From the NCBI GenBank assembly GCA_038279365.1, contig JAYODI010000054.1, forward strand, positions 1 through 41,041: DNA of 41,041 nt, in the 5' to 3' direction. Below are positions 37,866 to 41,041 of the stretch, piece by piece (positions within the stretch are counted from its first letter, which is position 1; every line of letters starts with the position of its first letter). The stretch is from Candidatus Latescibacterota bacterium (lineage in GTDB: Bacteria; Latescibacterota; UBA2968). Position numbers and translations under genes: made by a program. The notes under the pieces were generated by a model. It searched no databases. It had not been told where the DNA came from and saw only the letters and a list, made by a program, of their open reading frames with translations.

Positions 37866-39230
37866 TCAATCTGTTTGGTTGCGTATGGCTGCGGCATCAA
37901 TGCCAAGTTGCGCTACTTTTTTTCTTAGGGCGACTGGGTGTAAGCCGATTTGCCGCGCCGTTGCGGCGATATTGCCCTTGTTTGTTTGAAGGTGGCGTGT
38001 GATAAACTTGATTTCAAATTCTTTTCGGGACGTTTTGAAATCGGTAGTTGAAAAGTCGGGCGTTGTGACGGAGATGTCGGCGGGAAACAATCCGGGCGTC
38101 AGGCGGTCTGTTTGAGATAAGATTGTCACACGCTCTGCCACATTGCGCAGTTCGCGAATGTTACCAGGCCAAGGGTAGCCCAAGAGCATGCGAGTTATTT
38201 CCTCATCGATACTCGGTGGGGGTTTTTTCATTTTGTGCGCAAACTCGTTGACAAATTGCATAAAGTAGAGCACGATATCTTCGTGACGTTCTCTTAAAGG
38301 GGTGAGGTGAAAGTTAAACACATTGAGGCGGTAGTAGAAATCTTCGCGTATGTGTCCGTTTTGCACAGCGGTTTTCATATCGCGATTTGTTGCAGCAATG
38401 ATTCGCAATTCTGCTTTGATTTTTCGCGTATCACCTACACGAGAGAACGTTTTGTCTTGCAGAAAGTTTAATAATTTGACCTGGATCTGCTGGTTGACAT
38501 CACCGATCTCATCCAGAAAAATTGTTCCGCCATCCGCGATCTCAAAATACCCCTGGTGGTCTTTCTGGGCACCCGTAAATGCTCCTTTGATATGACCAAA
38601 CAATTCGCTTTCGAGAAGGTGCTCTGAGAGGGCCGAGCAGTTGACTGTGACAAACGGTCGGTCGATTCTTGTGCTCTCACCGTGGATGAGTTGTGCTAAA
38701 ACTTCCTTGCCTGTTCCGCTCTCTCCAGTTATAAGGATCGTGGCGTTGGTCTGGGCCACCGCCTGTGCTTGAGCTATAGTCTGTTTGATATGGGCATTAT
38801 TGGTTACAAAGGTGTTGGTGGTTGATCTTTGGCTCAACTGCGTTTTTAAGAGCTGATTCAGATGTGTCAGGTCCAGTTTCTCTTTTGCTCTTTGTGCCGT
38901 GATGATCAATTCATCAGCGTAGAGGGGTTTAGTGAGATAGTCAAAAGCGCCAGCTTTCATCGCTGCTACCGCATTTTCAATTGAGCCATAGGCAGTGATA
39001 ACGATGAAGATACATTGCGACTGTAATTCTTGGGCTTTCTGCATGATGTCCAAACCAGTCATGTCGGGCAAGCTGAGGTCTACAAATGCGATGTGTGGGC
39101 GCTCCAATGCGATTTGTTCAAGTGCTTGATGGCCTGTTTCGACACAAAGGGTTTCATAGCCGGCCTCTTGGAGAAAGTGTTCGACCATGATGCGAATTTC
39201 TTCTGCATCATCGACAATTAGAATTTTCAA
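37866..39230 (-). CDS. NtrC-family sigma-54 response regulator (REC-AAA+-HTH)
   Basis: [39 protein letters not shown] start behind GAGGAG. Confidence 0.95.
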   Translation of the reverse strand: MKILIVDDAEEIRIMVEHFLQEAGYETLCVETGHQALEQIALERPHIAFVDLSLPDMTGLDIMQKAQELQSQCIFIVITAYGSIENAVAAMKAGAFDYLTKPLYADELIITAQRAKEKLDLTHLNQLLKTQLSQRSTTNTFVTNNAHIKQTIAQAQAVAQTNATILITGESGTGKEVLAQLIHGESTRIDRPFVTVNCSALSEHLLESELFGHIKGAFTGAQKDHQGYFEIADGGTIFLDEIGDVNQQIQVKLLNFLQDKTFSRVGDTRKIKAELRIIAATNRDMKTAVQNGHIREDFYYRLNVFNFHLTPLRERHEDIVLYFMQFVNEFAHKMKKPPPSIDEEITRMLLGYPWPGNIRELRNVAERVTILSQTDRLTPGLFPADISVTTPDFSTTDFKTSRKEFEIKFITRHLQTNKGNIAATARQIGLHPVALRKKVAQLGIDAAAIRNQTD

Positions 39231-39365
39231 TGTTGTAATCTCCTCGTTACCTAACGGACAGGCGGGGGCGGTATCCTTGTTTTAGCAATTGCTCGCTCTG
39301 ATATTATCATATCATATTTTTAATCATGCGACAACCATTCTTCCAATGAGAGAAATTAGGAGGAG

Positions 39366-39629
39366 GTGGGAAAGGGGAGATGGTTCAGATTCAGCAGATT
39401 ATTTAAAGTGGCTCGAACAGAGGAACCACCAGCAGGGCAGAGACCCAGCCCAATAGCAAAGGTCGTGGAAAACAGAACTTACTGCTCCCAAATATATCAA
39501 GTGGTGGAGGCCCATCTGGGCAAGGTGTCACAATATATCGAGGAACTGAATGGGCATGACCAAGGCAAGATAATTGAAACCATGCTCAAGAAAAACGACC
39601 GTGAAATGGCCAATCTGACCGCAGCTTGA
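39366..39629 (+). CDS. Hypothetical protein or gene fragment
   Basis: 87-aa purine-rich ORF filling the gap between divergent and convergent genes; SD spacing poor. Confidence 0.35.
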   Translation: MGKGRWFRFSRLFKVARTEEPPAGQRPSPIAKVVENRTYCSQIYQVVEAHLGKVSQYIEELNGHDQGKIIETMLKKNDREMANLTAA

Positions 39630-39640
39630 AGAGTTGTCAA

Positions 39641-39994
39641 TTAAACGCCCAAAGACTCAAGGGTTGCTAAAATCATATCACGCGTAAGGGGTTTTTTGAG
39701 CGTTATTGCAGCACCCAACTCTTTGGTTACGTCCAGATATTCACTTCCGTTACCCGACATGACTACAATTTTAGGCATGTTTTCTAATTTTGCGATTTCC
39801 AATAACGCCTCAATTCCATCTTTTTCAGGCATAAGTAAGTCAGTGAAAATAACATCCAAGTGGGTGTTTAAGTATATCTTCGCACCTTGATCTGCGTTAA
39901 GTTCTGTAAAGATAGTGTAACCCAATGGCTCCAATGTATATTTGAAAAGTTCAAGTATATCTTTGTGATCGTCCATGACCAAAATGTTAGCCAT
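39641..39994 (-). CDS. Single-domain response regulator (paralog 2)
   Basis: 95/117 aa identical to 29882-30235 by manual alignment. Confidence 0.9.
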   Translation of the reverse strand: MANILVMDDHKDILELFKYTLEPLGYTIFTELNADQGAKIYLNTHLDVIFTDLLMPEKDGIEALLEIAKLENMPKIVVMSGNGSEYLDVTKELGAAITLKKPLTRDMILATLESLGV

Positions 39995-40112
39995 AAAATG
40001 ACTCCAGCGGTTAGATGTTTTTTTTAAAATTGGGTCCCATGCTTGCGACAATCTGAACCAAGCCGGTAGCCGTCGGAGGAGAGCTTGCTCATAGTTGAAG
40101 CCCTGTGTATTT

Positions 40113-40421
40113 CTACTGGTTTGCTTCTCGTGTCAAGTACCGAACAGGTTTACCGTGTTTTTTTGCATAGTCTATCTCTGCAATGGTGCTGGAACCCACA
40201 TACCCATCGACATCAATAACCAATACTTCGTCAGCCATATCTATTTTCTTCAAATGTAGTATATCCAGTAGCTCCTTGTCGGTTTCTGTGATCTCGTCTC
40301 CTGCGTGACCAAAGACGCCTGGCGCCAGCACGATTTTTCCCGCCATTGTTTCTCTGCGGTTCGCTTCCCGAAACTCATCATAAAACCGCGTCGACCCACA
40401 CAGACATATTATTTTGGCCAA
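40113..40421 (-). CDS. Small nucleoside-deoxyribosyltransferase-like fold protein
   Basis: IICLCGSTRF, HLKKIDMADEVLVIDVDGYVGSST..EI.YA...GKPV; TTG start behind GAGG. Confidence 0.7.
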   Translation of the reverse strand: MAKIICLCGSTRFYDEFREANRRETMAGKIVLAPGVFGHAGDEITETDKELLDILHLKKIDMADEVLVIDVDGYVGSSTIAEIDYAKKHGKPVRYLTREANQ

Positions 40422-40477
40422 CCTGTCCTCACTGATGTTGTTTAACTATCTATGCCAAGGGCAATTACTTATTATAC

Positions 40478-40493
40478 AGCAAAAGATGTACCA
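40478..40493 (-). promoter_or_regulatory. sigma-54 promoter for the 40421 gene (and possibly the downstream RR)
   Basis: Minus strand TGGTAC-ATCTT-TTGCT. Confidence 0.7.
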
Positions 40494-40702
40494 AGGTGAC
40501 AAGATACGACAAAAAACGGCATAATACCTTGTTGGTAAATAACTTATACATTTTAAAATGAGTGATTGCAGTGCTCAAAGCGTGAACAAACAGCTCACAA
40601 CATGCAACCATATGGCTATGTGTGTGTAGCCAAAATATTGCTCTCTCGACTGTCGCACATGCCCATGATCGGTGTGGCTCTTCAATGGGAGAGGCCGGTG
40701 AT
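40479..40702 (-). repeat. Copy B of the ~225-bp inverted duplication (partner 33164-33390)
   Basis: Reverse complement aligns to copy A end to end. Confidence 0.95.
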
Positions 40703-40749
40703 TGCTTCTTCTTGGCCATCCTATCTCCTATTGATTTGGGTGTCCTTGA

Positions 40750-40902
40750 CTATCGGACAGTTGAGATATTTTGACCATTTACATACTTCAATTTAAACAC
40801 TCCTGCTGAAACCTCTATCAACATTCCTTTACTTTTTTGTCTTGAAATATGGGGGGCATTACAACCCCATAGTAAAAGAACAAAAAGAAAGCTTAGATTC
40901 AT
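40750..40902 (-). CDS. Small lipoprotein-like ORF (50 aa), possibly truncated
   Basis: SD GGGAGG; MNLSFLFVLLLWGC lipobox-like N-terminus. Confidence 0.4.
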   Translation of the reverse strand: MNLSFLFVLLLWGCNAPHISRQKSKGMLIEVSAGVFKLKYVNGQNISTVR

Positions 40903-41002
40903 CAATACCTCCCAATAGTCATGTTTTCTAACACGTTCAGCAAAAAAACCCACACACCTTTTAGATTTTCCAAAGTCTTCAACGCACGGAGAATGAATTG
41001 AC

Positions 41003-41035
41003 AAAAAGGGCAGAAGAAATTCAAATCTTCTGCCC
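41003..41035 (-). terminator. Intrinsic terminator (minus strand)
   Basis: Minus strand GGGCAGAAGA-tttgaatt-TCTTCTGCCC-TTTTT. Confidence 0.75.
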
Positions 41036-41041
41036 CCCAGG

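Noticed and set aside
1-41041. CRISPR arrays, complete tRNA/rRNA, transposases, integrases, phage or defence genes
   Set aside because: No spaced direct repeats, cloverleaf or corresponding protein motifs were found by eye.

Overview
Bacterial chromosomal window from a diderm organism. The gene mix (DUF6785/6784 membrane protein, PhyH-like dioxygenases, sugar-acid enzymes) suggests a Latescibacterota/Poribacteria-like heterotroph, which is inference only. All family assignments are from motif recognition, not database searches. Left (1-10 kb): outer-membrane beta-barrel, uronate/pectin-type catabolic genes (BNR-repeat protein, uxuA, GH-like TIM barrel, PL2 lyase), a serine hydrolase and a large membrane protein. 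Centre (10-26.7 kb): a sigma-54-controlled block with an OFA-family MFS plus DcaP-like porin divergent from two radical SAM genes, then a PAS-bEBP activator, XdhC-C, DUF302, a pentaheme cytochrome c and a TolC-DUF2892-MFP-RND-cytochrome c operon. Hidden in that efflux operon, and absent from the ORF track, is a 53-codon single-TM ORF (21820-21981) with an in-frame TGA followed 11 nt later by a SECIS-like hairpin; its read-through stop overlaps the MFP start. This candidate small membrane selenoprotein is the top finding. Right (26.8-41 kb): signalling-rich, mosaic region with two 81%-identical response regulators, a receiver pseudogene fragment, a hybrid kinase/NtrC pair, an acidic surface lipoprotein, a ~225-bp sigma-54 promoter/enhancer module duplicated in inverted orientation, and a possible tRNA 3'-end attachment scar. 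No complete tRNA/rRNA, CRISPR array, transposase or integrase was seen.
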